A stretch of DNA of 64,000 bases from Balanoglossus misakiensis. Its lineage: Eukaryota > Animalia > Hemichordata. This document shows positions 1 through 13,700 of this stretch, piece by piece; within the stretch, counting starts at the first letter, position 1, and each line of letters opens with the position of its first letter. Where the stretch lies: the NCBI GenBank assembly GCA_040954595.2, contig CM082598.2, positions 2,232,001 to 2,296,000 on the forward strand, in the 5' to 3' direction. Below the pieces are notes generated by a model that was not told the origin of the DNA, made no database searches, and saw only the letters and a list, made by a program, of their open reading frames with translations. The position numbers and the translations under genes are program-made.

Positions 1-426
1 TTGTGAGATCTCTTGAGACTTCAATGAGTAATTACCTTGGCAATGGGTTGCTAGCCAGGTGATTCAAGTCAAACTTTACATGACACTCAAATAGCTGCAC
101 AATTCAACAAAAATTACAACTTTGTGTCGTTTAACACAGTGGGCCATAAGTCCTGTCCTGTCAATCTGTATAAACTGTCTAGCCACACGCAATCTTGCAG
201 GGTTTTGTGTAATTCAGAAAATGGCCGGTCAACATTCTTACCAGACATAGGCACTCCTGACATGGGTCTTCATTAGAGATCCACGTATCACCTTCATCAT
301 AGATCACACCGTCCACTTCACAGGTTTCTGGGAAAAGGATGAAAGATAAAAAATATTGATAAGTTGCTGCTAATTTTGCATTTTATAAACACCAAGTGTC
401 AGTCAGTCAGTCAGTCAGTCAGTCAG

Positions 427-494
<68 letters not shown>

Positions 495-2597
495 CCAACC
501 AGCAGGACTTATTTCATGGCCAGCTCTACCACTACTGAACTGCTCAATGATGTTTCATGTATAAGAACAAAGTGATATAGATCAGATGATGTTTCAATAC
601 CTTGTAGACAAACAGGACAACATCCTCCAAGTTCAGACACAGGATTGGAACACAAGGCTGGTGGACAGGCAACTTGTTGGCAGTTGACATCACCACTCTG
701 GTCAAATATAACAGAGACAGAAATGACTATGAATGTTTGAAATGAATGTTCTTAGGTCAGTGAGTATAGATCACTTTGCATTCACAGAATAGAGGTCCAA
801 CCTTACCACAGAAAACAAAGGGTTTATACTGAAACATGGTGTTGAAAGGGTTAAAAAGTAACTTACCAGACACTGGCAGATATAACATGGCTGCCTAGGA
901 TCTTCAAATTGTTCCCCATCTCTGTATCTTTCTCCAATGAACTCACACTCTGTGTACAAGAAATAAAACCCACTCAAATGAGACAATATATTAAAACATA
1001 TAACTCTCTGGATATAAGAAATAACACTGGCTCAAAATATGTCTACAATGAAGAAAAAATCATGAGCACTGGTAAGCTAGAAAACACCAAAAGTACATAC
1101 ATGTACCGGTACATGGACCAGGTACTGACTTGTCTCTTATTTCTACGGCCAGTGGCAATTTCAACTGTTACTGAATGTCTGACATTTCGAAACATCATTA
1201 GCTGACTAGAGGCAATTGTCTTTTTAACCCTTTCACCACCATTTCAGTCCAAACCCGTTGTTTTCTATGGTAAGGTTGCACCTAGGGGTGAAGAGGTTAA
1301 GGTGTGGAGACAGTTCAACTTACCTTCACAGGTTGGGCATCCACACTGATCAACGGCTGGGTTGTTACAACTTGGGACACGACACGTCTGTCTGATACAA
1401 TCTACATTACCATCCTGTGAGAAATACATTTCAGTTAGAACACAGATTTTTACAACCCAATCAAACCGTTACATTCCACATAATGGATGAGCATGCATAC
1501 ACACAAACAAGTTAAGGCAACAAGAGAATTCATATTTGTCCTCAAATTTCCAAGATAGCTACTTCAGTTTGGGAAGTCTTAATGTTTATTTATGTACAGG
1601 ACATTACAACAAAACTATTTGCTGACTTTCAACGGTTACAGTGAATACATGTACTCACAAGACATCGGCATAGTCTACATTGGTTAGTTGGATCAGGAAA
1701 CATTTCTGAACTTCGGAATGTTCTGCCATCGTAAAGACAATCTGCAAATGATACATCAGAGTGAGTGAGAATTTTTTCACATCAGTTATGGCTTTCCATG
1801 AACTTGCTCTTCTCGTGTTGTGTGTTGATATGTATGATGTATAAATGTTCACTTCGACTGCCTTCAGGATTATTCACAAAGGTCCAAATTTAAATTCTGT
1901 CTCTGACCATTTCAAAAATCACTTCAATCAATGTTACTTGGCACATGTATCAAGAGAATCTCATGCACTAACCTGTACATTCCGGACAGCACTGGCCCTG
2001 TACTGGATGAGAACATGATATTCTCGGACATTCCCTGTTGACGCAATCCCACTCTCCACTGACGCATGTGCATTCCTGGCATGGATCTGGATTCAACACT
2101 GGAAGACATTCATCTGGAAGAAAATGTACACAACACATAAATTCTAGGAATCCTCAACTCAACACTATCACAAACAGTTGGGTCTCCCAGCCCTTAGGTG
2201 GATATTGGTTATGAAATTACAAATCAAATCACATTTTACAGGATTCAAACCCAAGTATACCTACCAACAGTTTTTACCCCCCCCCCCCCTCCCCATTTCC
2301 CTGTACAGCGGTTCAACTTCACCATTGAAAACTATGGATTTGGGCTAATCCATGGTGATGAAAGGGTTAAGACAGCTATGAATATCACAGACTCACCTGG
2401 ACATTCTGGACAACATTCTCCAAGTTTTCTAACCGGATTGGCACAGGTGACAGGTGGGCACGGTACGTGGGCACAGCCAACACTTCCATCCTGTCAAATT
2501 AAACGGCAATATATTTTCACATACACAACATCAAACTCTCTATCTCTCTATCTATCTATCTATCTATCTATCTTTTATCTATCTGTCTGTCTATCTG

Positions 2598-2639
<42 letters not shown>

Positions 2640-2640
2640 C

Positions 2641-2696
<56 letters not shown>

Positions 2697-5600
2697 GTAT
2701 GTATGTCTTGTCTGTCTGTCTGCGTCTCCCTCCCACCCTCGCCCCTCCCTCCATAAAACCTACTCACCACACACTGGCATCTACTACAAGGATCATTTGG
2801 TTCCATAAAACTCTCCCTGTTCTTGTAATTGCTATTTAAATAGAAACAATCTGAAATGAAAAAAAGAGAAAAATCATGTCAATAATGTAACTTACACACT
2901 GATTCCATACTGGTGAACTTCAATATTTACATCATGCAAAACTGAATATCAGGAACAGTTTTTGGAAATTCTTTGGACTATCTCATGCATTTTGAACATT
3001 ATTGACCAATTTAGTTTCAGGCTCGTTATGGCTAACCTACCTTGACAAACAGGACAGCTACATGCATCACGAACAGGATCTGAACATTGTGCTCGTGGGC
3101 AGGTCTTGGTCACACAGTTGATGTTACCATTCTGTGTGTAAAAAAAAGAAATGTCTTTTTAACATTTAAAATGTCGTGAAAAGCACATCTGTAGATGAAG
3201 GTAAATATCATCTTTGCAGATTCATAAATGTTTTGTCCAAGAGCACTCAAGAACTCACCCAGCATCTGCAAGTTTGGCAGTCATCATCAGGGTTGGTAAA
3301 AGTCTGTCCATTAGGATAACTCTGCCCTTGGTACAGACAGTCTAAAAACAGAAAAAAAATTTGAATTATTATAATAATAATGTATTATCTGTACAATCTG
3401 GGTGCTTCGTAAAGCAGTGAAGCAAAGCATGTATATGTTTAAAATTTTCTTGCAGATATTTGAAATTTTGTTTGATGATTAATGAATTAGACTACCTTAC
3501 CATAGCAGGTGTGACAACCACAGTTATCCACAGCAGGGTCAGTGCACTGGACAGGATTACATGTAATCTGTTCACACACCACACTTCCACTCTAAAACAG
3601 AAAATGTAAAGTACTTTTAAAATCTTGGCACTGAATTACATAATAATGAGAACAAAGTAATTACAGAAATATTGATGCTAGATGTAGCATGCTTTTCAGT
3701 CTATTCTTGCGGCAGCAGTTTGATCAGAGAAATTTAATAAATCACTAAACTACACAACTGTGATTCCAATCCAGTACAAAATATATGGCACCATTTTTTT
3801 CAAGTATTCCGACACAGCAAAACATTCCATCACCGAAACATTTCGAACTGACAAATCATTAAATAAAGGAGCCAAAATACAGAGGAAAATGTATATAATC
3901 AAAAGTATTAGAGTGTGTATCTTACATCACATGTACAAGTCTTGCACTGGTCAGTTGGATCACTAAATGTCTGACCACTGGCCACTCTTCGACCTTCATA
4001 GACACAGGCCTCACATACTGGACAACAGTCACCTGGCCTGGTAATCGGGTGAGTACATGCAACATCATCACATTCTATGTCTCTGCATTCTACATAGCCA
4101 TCCTGAAAAATAAAAGAATGTTTTTTTAATATCTCTGGTTCTTGATCTCTACACCATATATCCTATACTCATTGTACCAACCATGAGAAGGCCATGACAT
4201 TATGAAATACATATGGGTACATCGCAAACCTTACCTCACATGAGCATTCTTTACAGCGTTCCCTTGGATCAGTAAAAGTCTCTCCAGTGTCATAGCTCAC
4301 ACCATTGTATGTGCATCCTGAATTCAAAACAGATCAACACAATGTAATTTGTAGTCAAAGACATTATTCCCAAATCAAACATCAGACAGGGTTAGCTTGC
4401 TTTTTTCGAAACACCTGACATCAGCTTCTTGGACTTTTTGTCAGAAGTTCATCTTTCTTTCATGGACTTGACTTTGTTTAATTATGTGTTGAATGGCTGA
4501 ACTGTGCTGTATTGTTCTGTGTTAGTTAATTATTACAGCTAGCAATTTGAATGTGTTATTTTACCTTCCAGCTAAGAAACATAGATTGGTATGATTGTGA
4601 TTATAAAGCTATGTGTATTAAAGTAACCTACTTACCATCACACATGTCACAACACGGCCCACGTCTTGGATTGGGACAAGCAACTGGTGGACAGCGTTTC
4701 CGGCTACATGTGACTAACCCATCCACACACATGCACTCTTCGCAATGGTTTATAGGATTTTCAAATCTCTCTCTGTTGTCATAGCGCTGTCCCTGATATT
4801 CGCAATCATCCTCTGTCAACAAAAACAAACAATGGAACCATGTGTACAAAAAACAAATAGACAGGAGACTTCAATTGTTTTGGGCTTTCTTGTGTTTCTG
4901 AAATCAGTCATCACCAACTGCGAAGTCGCGGGAGATTTTCCAAACATACGGTAAGTGGATATAATATATCAGTGTGTTACCATGGTGAAAAGGCTACGGG
5001 GTTTCCCTACCTGAGCACCGAGGGCAACACTCCCCTTCTGGTGTGACAAAATCCTTACAACTTAACGAAGGGCACTCAATTTGTTGGCAGTCTACGTTTC
5101 CATCCTGTTGGAAAAAGAAAACCACTGGAATAAGCCTTGGAAAAGATAACAGCATGGATATATGTCAGATTTGAGTGTATACCTACAAAAACATATTTAA
5201 GTTCTAAGGGATGTAGCTCATCTTTTGGAGTACACGGAATACAACAAAGTTACTATTCACAGCATGACACAAACTGTTTTATTCCTGAGTATTTTACCGG
5301 GACAAAACCAGGACTGGCTTGGAAAATGTAGACGGCTCTCACCTCGCAAATACACTCATGGCAGTTATTGAGCGGATCTCTGAACCTCTGTCCATTTCTG
5401 AAGAGCCGTCTATCATACAAGCAGTTGTCACAACTGGAACAACAGTCACCAGCCATCCGGGCAGGGTGTCGACAGGGTGAGATGGGGCAGTCTTTGTTGC
5501 GACATCGCACTCGGGTGTCCTGTGAAAGATCAACACAAATCACCTGTTTACAAGTTTAACTTTTTCAACACCATAGTCAGCTTGTTGTCATCTTTCAAAA

Positions 5601-8600
5601 AATTTAAGGGACAAAGTTTCTCTCTCGCTGCCCTTTTTCCATTAATTATGTTGATAACAAGACACCATTTATGTTAATGTACATGTGTATATGTAGTGAA
5701 TGACGTTCAACCACAAACAACTCCCATCCCGCTTGTATGATATACAAGTTTTTCCACTCTCCTGTCTATAAGAGGGATGGAAGTTGTGTGTGGTTGAACA
5801 TTTATTCACTATATATCCACATGTAGAATAACAAACGGTGTCTTGTATCAAATATAATTAATGGAAAAAAAGGCAGCGAGAGAGAGACTTTGTCCCTTTA
5901 ACCCCACGTAACTTTTTCCACTTACCGTACAGGTGCAAATAGCACATGGATCAGCTAGGGATTCCCAGACCTCGCCTTCAGAATGCTCTTGACCATCTGC
6001 CATGCAAACGTCACATTCTGGACAACACATGTCTGGTTTCTGGACAGGATTACGACACTGTAGTGGAGGGCAGGCTTCAGTCTGACAGGTCACTGTACCA
6101 TCCTTTCACAGAATAAGATAAAAAGTAACTTTAAGTTAGTGTTCAGTTCTTTTTTTGTCTGTGTGAGGATCTATACAGTATTCCAACTTCTGACATTGCT
6201 ATTCTGTGACAACTATCTTCTTGGTCAACTCTTAATACCCAGAACTGATGCTTTAATAAATTGTTTGCTTCACAGACTATTTCATCATTCTCACTCACTC
6301 ACTCACTCACTCACTCACTCACTCACTCACTCACTCACTCAGTAAATCTCAATCAACCAACCAACCAACCAATCAATGACCTCTCTATTTCTACTCTCTC
6401 TCACTACCTTCTCACTATCACTCAATCAATCAATCAATTAGCCAACCAGCCAATCATCCAACTAACCAGCCAACCAACCAACCAACCAATCACCTCTCCC
6501 TCTCTATGCCTACTTAATACTGCTTACCACACATGTGCAGAAATTACAGATATCACCATCATCTGGCCGAAAGACTGCACCATTTCTGTAGTTCCTTCTG
6601 TCATATTCACAAATATCACAGACAGGACAGCAGACGTCAGCTAGTCTCCCAGGATGCATACAGTCTGGGTTGCAGTCAAGATCCAAACGTCTGCAATCTA
6701 CCTGAGTATTCTGTAATCATGAAGAAATAAAGATTATTATAAAAACAAATGTTTCTGTTTGTTATCTCTTTTTTTCAACATGACCAAACTTTTCAGGACA
6801 GATCTTGCGTCTGAGAGCAATGTGTAGAGCCTCTATAGTGTCTGATCTCACATTATTATTTTATCATCCAAACAAACACAACAATGTATAACCTACCAGA
6901 CATGTGCATTCCAGACAGGGCGACCTGGGATCTGTGAAAGTCTCTCCATTTTCATATTCCTGGCCATCATATATACAATCTGAAAATAAAGTAATTAACT
7001 TTTTAATACTAGAAAAAGCCACTTCTGGAGTCAATTGATTGATATAGCCACGGAGTAGGAGCATTCATAGCCAAGAGCTGTAGCAATTTTATGTGCTTGT
7101 CACTAGACAAAAAAATCATTGTATTGTCAGCACATAAGTATTATCTATACAGACCTTCACAAATAGGACAGCAAGTTCCTGGTATGTAGACAGGATTGGT
7201 ACATCCCAGCTGTGGACAATCTATATCGATGCACTCCACAGAACCATCTCTACATATGCAGTTTTTACACTTATTTTCACCATTTACATATCCTCCGTTT
7301 GGATATTCTTGGCCTTCATACAGACAGCCTGTAAACACCAACAGAAAAATGTCACCATTGACCAAGTTTAACCCTTTCACCATCATGGTCCAGTCCAAAT
7401 CAATTGTTTTCTATGGCAGAGTTGGACCTTTCTAAAAGGAACTAGGGTGAACGGGTTAAAGAACAATTTAATTACATGTACATTCATCCTTATCAACATT
7501 CCCATCCAGTTTCAATGATTCAAAATCTGGCATAGTCCAGAAAAAAATATTTTCCTTCAACCTCAAGACGATTAAGCCAGCCATATTCAGCAAAAAGGTT
7601 GTACCGACAACTACATGTAATATCATTTGTATTTGAAGAACAGTTAGCAAGTGATGGCGTGATCATTTGAATTGAACAACTGTTCAGTTTAGGCACAAGA
7701 AAATACAGCAGTCTCATAACATAACAGACTGTAGGAAGACAAATTTTAACAGCATATATTGCAAGCTGATTTCCATCACTCTTTCAGACAGTTTCACAGT
7801 TCTGACAAGTTTGACGGTACATTTCAAGATAGACATACCATCACATAGAGGACAACACACATCAGGTTTGGTGATTGGATGACTGCAGGTCTGTGTACAC
7901 CGTTCACTTTCACAATTAATCTGTCCTTCCCGACAGCGACAGATGTCACAATCCTCATCCAAAGGTTTCCACTCTGCATTGTGTTCATATCTCCGCCCTG
8001 CGCTGTCAACACAGCCTGCAAAGTACAAGATAAAAGTGTGTGTACATTATACAAGAAATTAAAAAAAATGTACTATCATACTAACTGCACGATCTTGCGA
8101 GACATATAAAAATTGTGAATTTTGCACCATTTGCAGACTAATTACCTTTGCATACAGGGCAACATGATCCCTCTACAGACTCCGTCTCAATACAGTCGAT
8201 TCTGGGACATTCTTCACGCTGGCAGATAATCTTACCATCCCGACAGACACACTGGTTGCATTCGTCACCACCAGCAGCAAATGTCAAGCCGTTTCTGATG
8301 AACTGGTCATTGTAGGAACAATCTGTAGATGGACGCAAGAATTGACATTAAATGAGTATATAGGTACATGTATATATAAATTTGAAGTGACCATATACCG
8401 GTATGTATACCTTTAAAGGGCAGCGGACGTCACGACGTGTTTGTTTGTTTACAATTCATCCACAAATCCCCTAAATTAGATCATTCTTAGAATGAACGAA
8501 GCAGCCAATCATAGCAAAGACTGGGCATGACAGCAACTGAAGATCCAAGTAGTAGGTCGTGGCGACTGCAGTGGGGTTTGCGCTGGTATAGGAGGACATA

Positions 8601-10681
8601 TTCTCATCAAGGAGGACACCCATGTGGTGCGACGCCGCCTCCCTTTAAGGTACTGAACAATAGCCATAGAAATTTCACACCACTTAATAAATCCCAGGGG
8701 TCAATAAATGCCTTCACTGACCTGTACAGGGGGAGCAACACTGTCCAGCTCTGAGGGCACCATGTGTGCAGGTGATCGTACATGGCACAATATCCACACA
8801 CTCGGTGTCGCCATGGTGACAGGTACACTGCTTGCATCCATCAGCACTTCTCCACGTATCTCCTGTTCTGTATTCTTCTCCGCCGTACAAACACTCTGTA
8901 TGAAGGAATTTCACAAATACAATGCACTATACTAGAAACTGCCTCCTGTAATCTACAATGGGCTTGAGTAGCCACTGTGAATGTTTTCGATCTATACAGT
9001 CACATATTGAAGCATTTTAGGAATTAAAACCAGGAACAGAACACCAGAGTGCTATTCAAAATTCAATTATTCAATAGTCATGGTGTATGACAACATGCCA
9101 CAATGATAAACTGACTTACTATCTGAGCAAACTTCACAACAAGCTCCAAGAGGTTTGACAGGGTTCGAACAAGGAACTTCTGGACATGAAATGGGGTTAC
9201 ATCTCACTATGCTCATCTGAAAGCAGAAACAAAATCCATATCATAAAAAAACACTGTTACGCAATGATTCCGACAGTGAATCTACCAGGAAATCAAAATC
9301 AAACCAGGTGTACTTACTGCACATGAGCAACGGAGGCAAGGATTGGTTGATGGAGTAAAGAAGTCCCCGTTATCGAACATCCGATCATCGTACTCACATC
9401 CTGTGGGGAAAATAGCACAGAGAACCTAAATCTACGCTTTTGGTGATTTTCCAATACAGGCCAAGCACATTACCCTATACATTTTATCAATCAAGCAAAA
9501 GATATGCGACTTGCAGCATTTATTAACCTACGGTAGCTGCCACAGCAACATAAGACAAAATTATTCTCATCTGGTGCAATCTGATTAAAATCAGATGTAG
9601 GGTTCAGCGACGTCTCTTACTTATGCTGCGCGGTACCGTGAAGTGACCATCATAAGAGAATACCGGGCTGTGCAAGTCGAAGCCTCACCCTACATCTGAT
9701 TTTAATCAGATTGCATCTGGTGAAGTTTGATTCCTAAGAATTCATGTAATCCAAGCCAAGCTTTCATTGAATCATTACATGTATTTTCATGGTACTCTGA
9801 TGCAATTTTAATATACATTATGCACATAGTTCAAATAAATTACCAGGACAAAGATCAGCTTACCATCTCTACATCTAGCACAGCACTCCCCTTCGGGGAT
9901 ATACTGATTAAGACAAGACAATACAGGGCAGTCTTCAGGACCTTGACATTGGACGGTGCCACGAACACACACACAGACCGTACAGTGATCCAGCTGGTAG
10001 CGCTCTCTGTCGCCTAGCAACCGCCCTTGATATTCACAGCCTAAAAGCATGCATGGTAGAAAGCTATAGCAGTGCAGTTTTTGTGTGAAAATATTTTTGG
10101 CGCATTTTGCTTTGTGATGTGTCTATCTTGCTATCTTGATCACAGCTATTTCAAATGTTGATGTGTTGTGACCATATAGTACCTCCCTTTAATAGTTAAT
10201 GATCTGTAAAAACTTGTGGGGAAAGGAGTCTTAAAATCACGAAAAAATATTGACCAATTTATGCAGAATCATTCATTTTGAAAGTTTGAGTCTAAACTTG
10301 GAAAATTCAGAAAAATGCAAACAAAAAATCTTCGCTGTGAGCAAGATAGCAAGATTGCTGAATTTTGCACTTCAGACAGCATAAAATCCAACTACATGTA
10401 CAGCAAATGCAAATACTCTATGCAACACCAATTGTGATCAAACTTGTGCAGTAAACAACACAATGTGCTTTCACATATTAAAACAGGCGTGTGACAATTC
10501 ATTTTCAGAATGTGCATAGTGATATGTAGTGAACAGTCATTAAAAATTCTACAGCCAACTTGTGCATTTAGAAAACCAATAACTTTCCATCTGCAGCAAG
10601 AAAACACTGATAAAGCAACTCTGATTTTGCTCTGTGAGTCTCTCTCTCTCTCTCTCGACATAGCTCATTTCACAATCACCC

Positions 10682-10765
<84 letters not shown>

Positions 10766-13700
10766 CCACCACCACCACCACCACCATCATCACCAAGACG
10801 ACCATCATCACAACCACCACTATCATCACTTGGCCTTACCTCCTCCACATCTAGGACAGCATTCCCCATCAGGTATTCTTGGATTCTCACAATCCACAGG
10901 GGGACAATCAATACCTCTACACATCACGTTACCATTCTAAGAAAGAAATCCAAAAATGTAACGTCAGACATCATAAACTGTCACTAGAAAATCTACACAG
11001 AAAGTGATGTACCATAAACATATCCGAAACTTACCAAACAAGCACAGGTTTGACAGCGTTCATCAAATGGGTTGAATTCTTCACCATTTCTAATTTCCCT
11101 CCCAAGATAGAAACAATCTGAAGTAATAAAATCAATGAATAAAACATTAATTCAAAACAAACCTAACAGAAAACAAGGCATTAATAATTGTGGTCATATT
11201 AATATGAAAGTGAAAATTATACAGTGTCTATCACTGGTAAGGTTGGACCTCTTAACAGGTAACTTGGGGTGAGAGGATTAAAGTTAATATTGTGATCAAG
11301 GTTTTGACAGAGTATACAATATATAAACAGCTGTAATTCAATTTCATAAAATCATATATCACTCACCACTACATATAGGACAGCATTCACCCTCGGGTTT
11401 ATACGGATGTGTGCACAACGTCTCAACACACGGCACTGCTCTGCAAGACACTTCTTGGTCAACCTGAAGGACAAACACAAGAATGTTACAAATCACTATC
11501 TAAAATCAGTATCAAAAAAGGTCAACTTTCTCACACTCTTGGCCGCTGAGAGTGTGGAATCGATAGAGGGATCGCCAGAAATGAACACCTGATCTGTACT
11601 GTACTCACCTCACATGTACATGTTGTACATCTGTCTCTCTGCCACCTTGATCCAACTCTGTGTCTATCGCCATTGTCATCAATACAATCTGTAAAAGTTA
11701 CAAATACACTCATCTTGCATCGTACATTGATGAACATTCTTTTCAAGTGTCAACAAGAACATGCAAAATAAATGATTGTCTCTGAAAAGAGAAACTTACA
11801 AAACACAAAAGTGAAAACCAAAATAATATCAGAATATGAAAAGAATAATCTGTAAAATAATCATACCTGTTGATTGACATTCAATGACCTCTCCTGTAAG
11901 GCCATCGTACCATTGAATCGTGCACTGTCCGCAATTATTGACCCGACACAAAGCACTGGGATTGCTCTCACATATTTCACCATGGCAAAGATCGTCAGGG
12001 CAACCCACAGGCAGCAGCCATATTGGACACTCGCAGTAGTGGCGGATTTCAAAACAGAATCTGCAGGGTACAAGAGAGTGTTCACTTGTCAAAGTCAGTA
12101 CAATGAATGCCCGTTCAACAAACCAGACTTTTTCACAATTGATATTTCTAAATAATGCAATACACACAATATTTTTTTGAAGGAGAGACATCATTGCAAG
12201 TCAGTCTGTCAATCAGCGAGTCAGACAATCAGGGCAGTTTATCTATTTTCAGTGTATAGTTTTTCTGGCTAGGGATTACTTCTGGTCAGACCCTTAAACT
12301 TAACTCTCCCATGGTGGCAGACTGCCACTAAGTCTTCAACTGACTCACCTTTCATCAGGTGTGATGGGAAGCCACAGATTCTCCTCCGTCACTGACGAAT
12401 GCCTCGGAACGAAACTATCAGTCACCGGATGTTCCCGCAGCCAGGCCCCTTCCACTACCCGGATCAACTGCACCTGGTTGTTCCGGGTCAGCCAGTTCTT
12501 GGTCAGCCACCATTCCGGCAGAGGCGAGATCCCTTGGCAGATTCTGTTGATATTAATCAGTTGATCGTCGGTGGCGTTGAGAAGTTCTACGAAAACCTTG
12601 TGGAAGTACAGCAGGTAATACGAGCCGTTGAAGAACGCATTGCAGTGGTATTTGTCGAACCCGTCACGCGTAAACCCGAACGCATCGCGATTTTCACGAT
12701 CCAAACCATACTTGTCCAGACCATAATGGTTATATCCAGCTGAATCAAAGTATTCACTTTCATCAACACCTGGTTGATAGACCCCATCTCTTGTGAATCC
12801 AAACGGAGTAACTCCTGATTGGTCGAAACCGTAACGATTGTAACCCGATATGTCGTAGCCATAGACGTCGAATCCATCACGGTTTAGATCATCGGTGTTG
12901 TAGCCATGAACGTCATATCCACTGTCGTCAAAACCGTTTCTTCTGTAGCCCTCGCGATTATACCCATTGAGATCATAAATACCACGGGTATCCGGAAGCC
13001 CATTTCTGTTGTAGCCATGCACGTTGTAACCATAGCGATCATATCCTTCTGAATCATAACCATGGCGATCATACCCTTCTTCATCAATCGGGAAACTCCT
13101 ACTTTCAATGTTACAGATGACTCCTTCAGTAGGGAATACGTATTCCACACACATCTGGTCCTGGTTTTCCAAGACTTCATCCGGGGTCGTTTGCCACGGT
13201 GACATGTGAGTGTACCGGAGGGATGCCGGATACCGGGAAATTCCGTGAGGATTCCGCTGCTGCCAGATGTCCCAAATCATGTCGATGAAGGCAAAGTGGG
13301 AGAGGAAGATCGGATCGTATGGACTATAGGGCGTGGCCATGTGACCTCCGACCCACAAGTGGAAGAGTCCGGAAGCCGCTTCCAGCTGCAACCGGAATTC
13401 TTCGTACGACGGTTCATTGATGATGAACTGGAAGTTGACAGCGTCAGGAAGTTGGATGTCGCTGTTGAATTTCCTCCTAAGGCAAGGCCCCCAGTTTTCT
13501 GGCCAGTGCTCTTTGAAAGGATGATGAAGAACACAGTCTGTACCGGAAGCACCATCGCCGCCGAAGTAGTTCGCCTGCCACGCTACGGATGAATCCATCG
13601 CTCCGGCATCTATGGCCCAGTCAAAGTACGGAATAGCAATGCCACAGTCGATTTCCTGAAGCTCCATCTCCACAGCTCTCAAGAAGTACCGATGCCATGG

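Noticed and set aside
2198-2839. 213-aa and 100-aa ORFs with YLSI repeats
   Set aside because: Artefact of the (CTAT)n microsatellite, antisense to real exons.
10549-10911. Poly-Asp / poly-Ile ORFs
   Set aside because: Translation of an intronic (CAT)n microsatellite; the real VWC exon ends at the donor near 10838.
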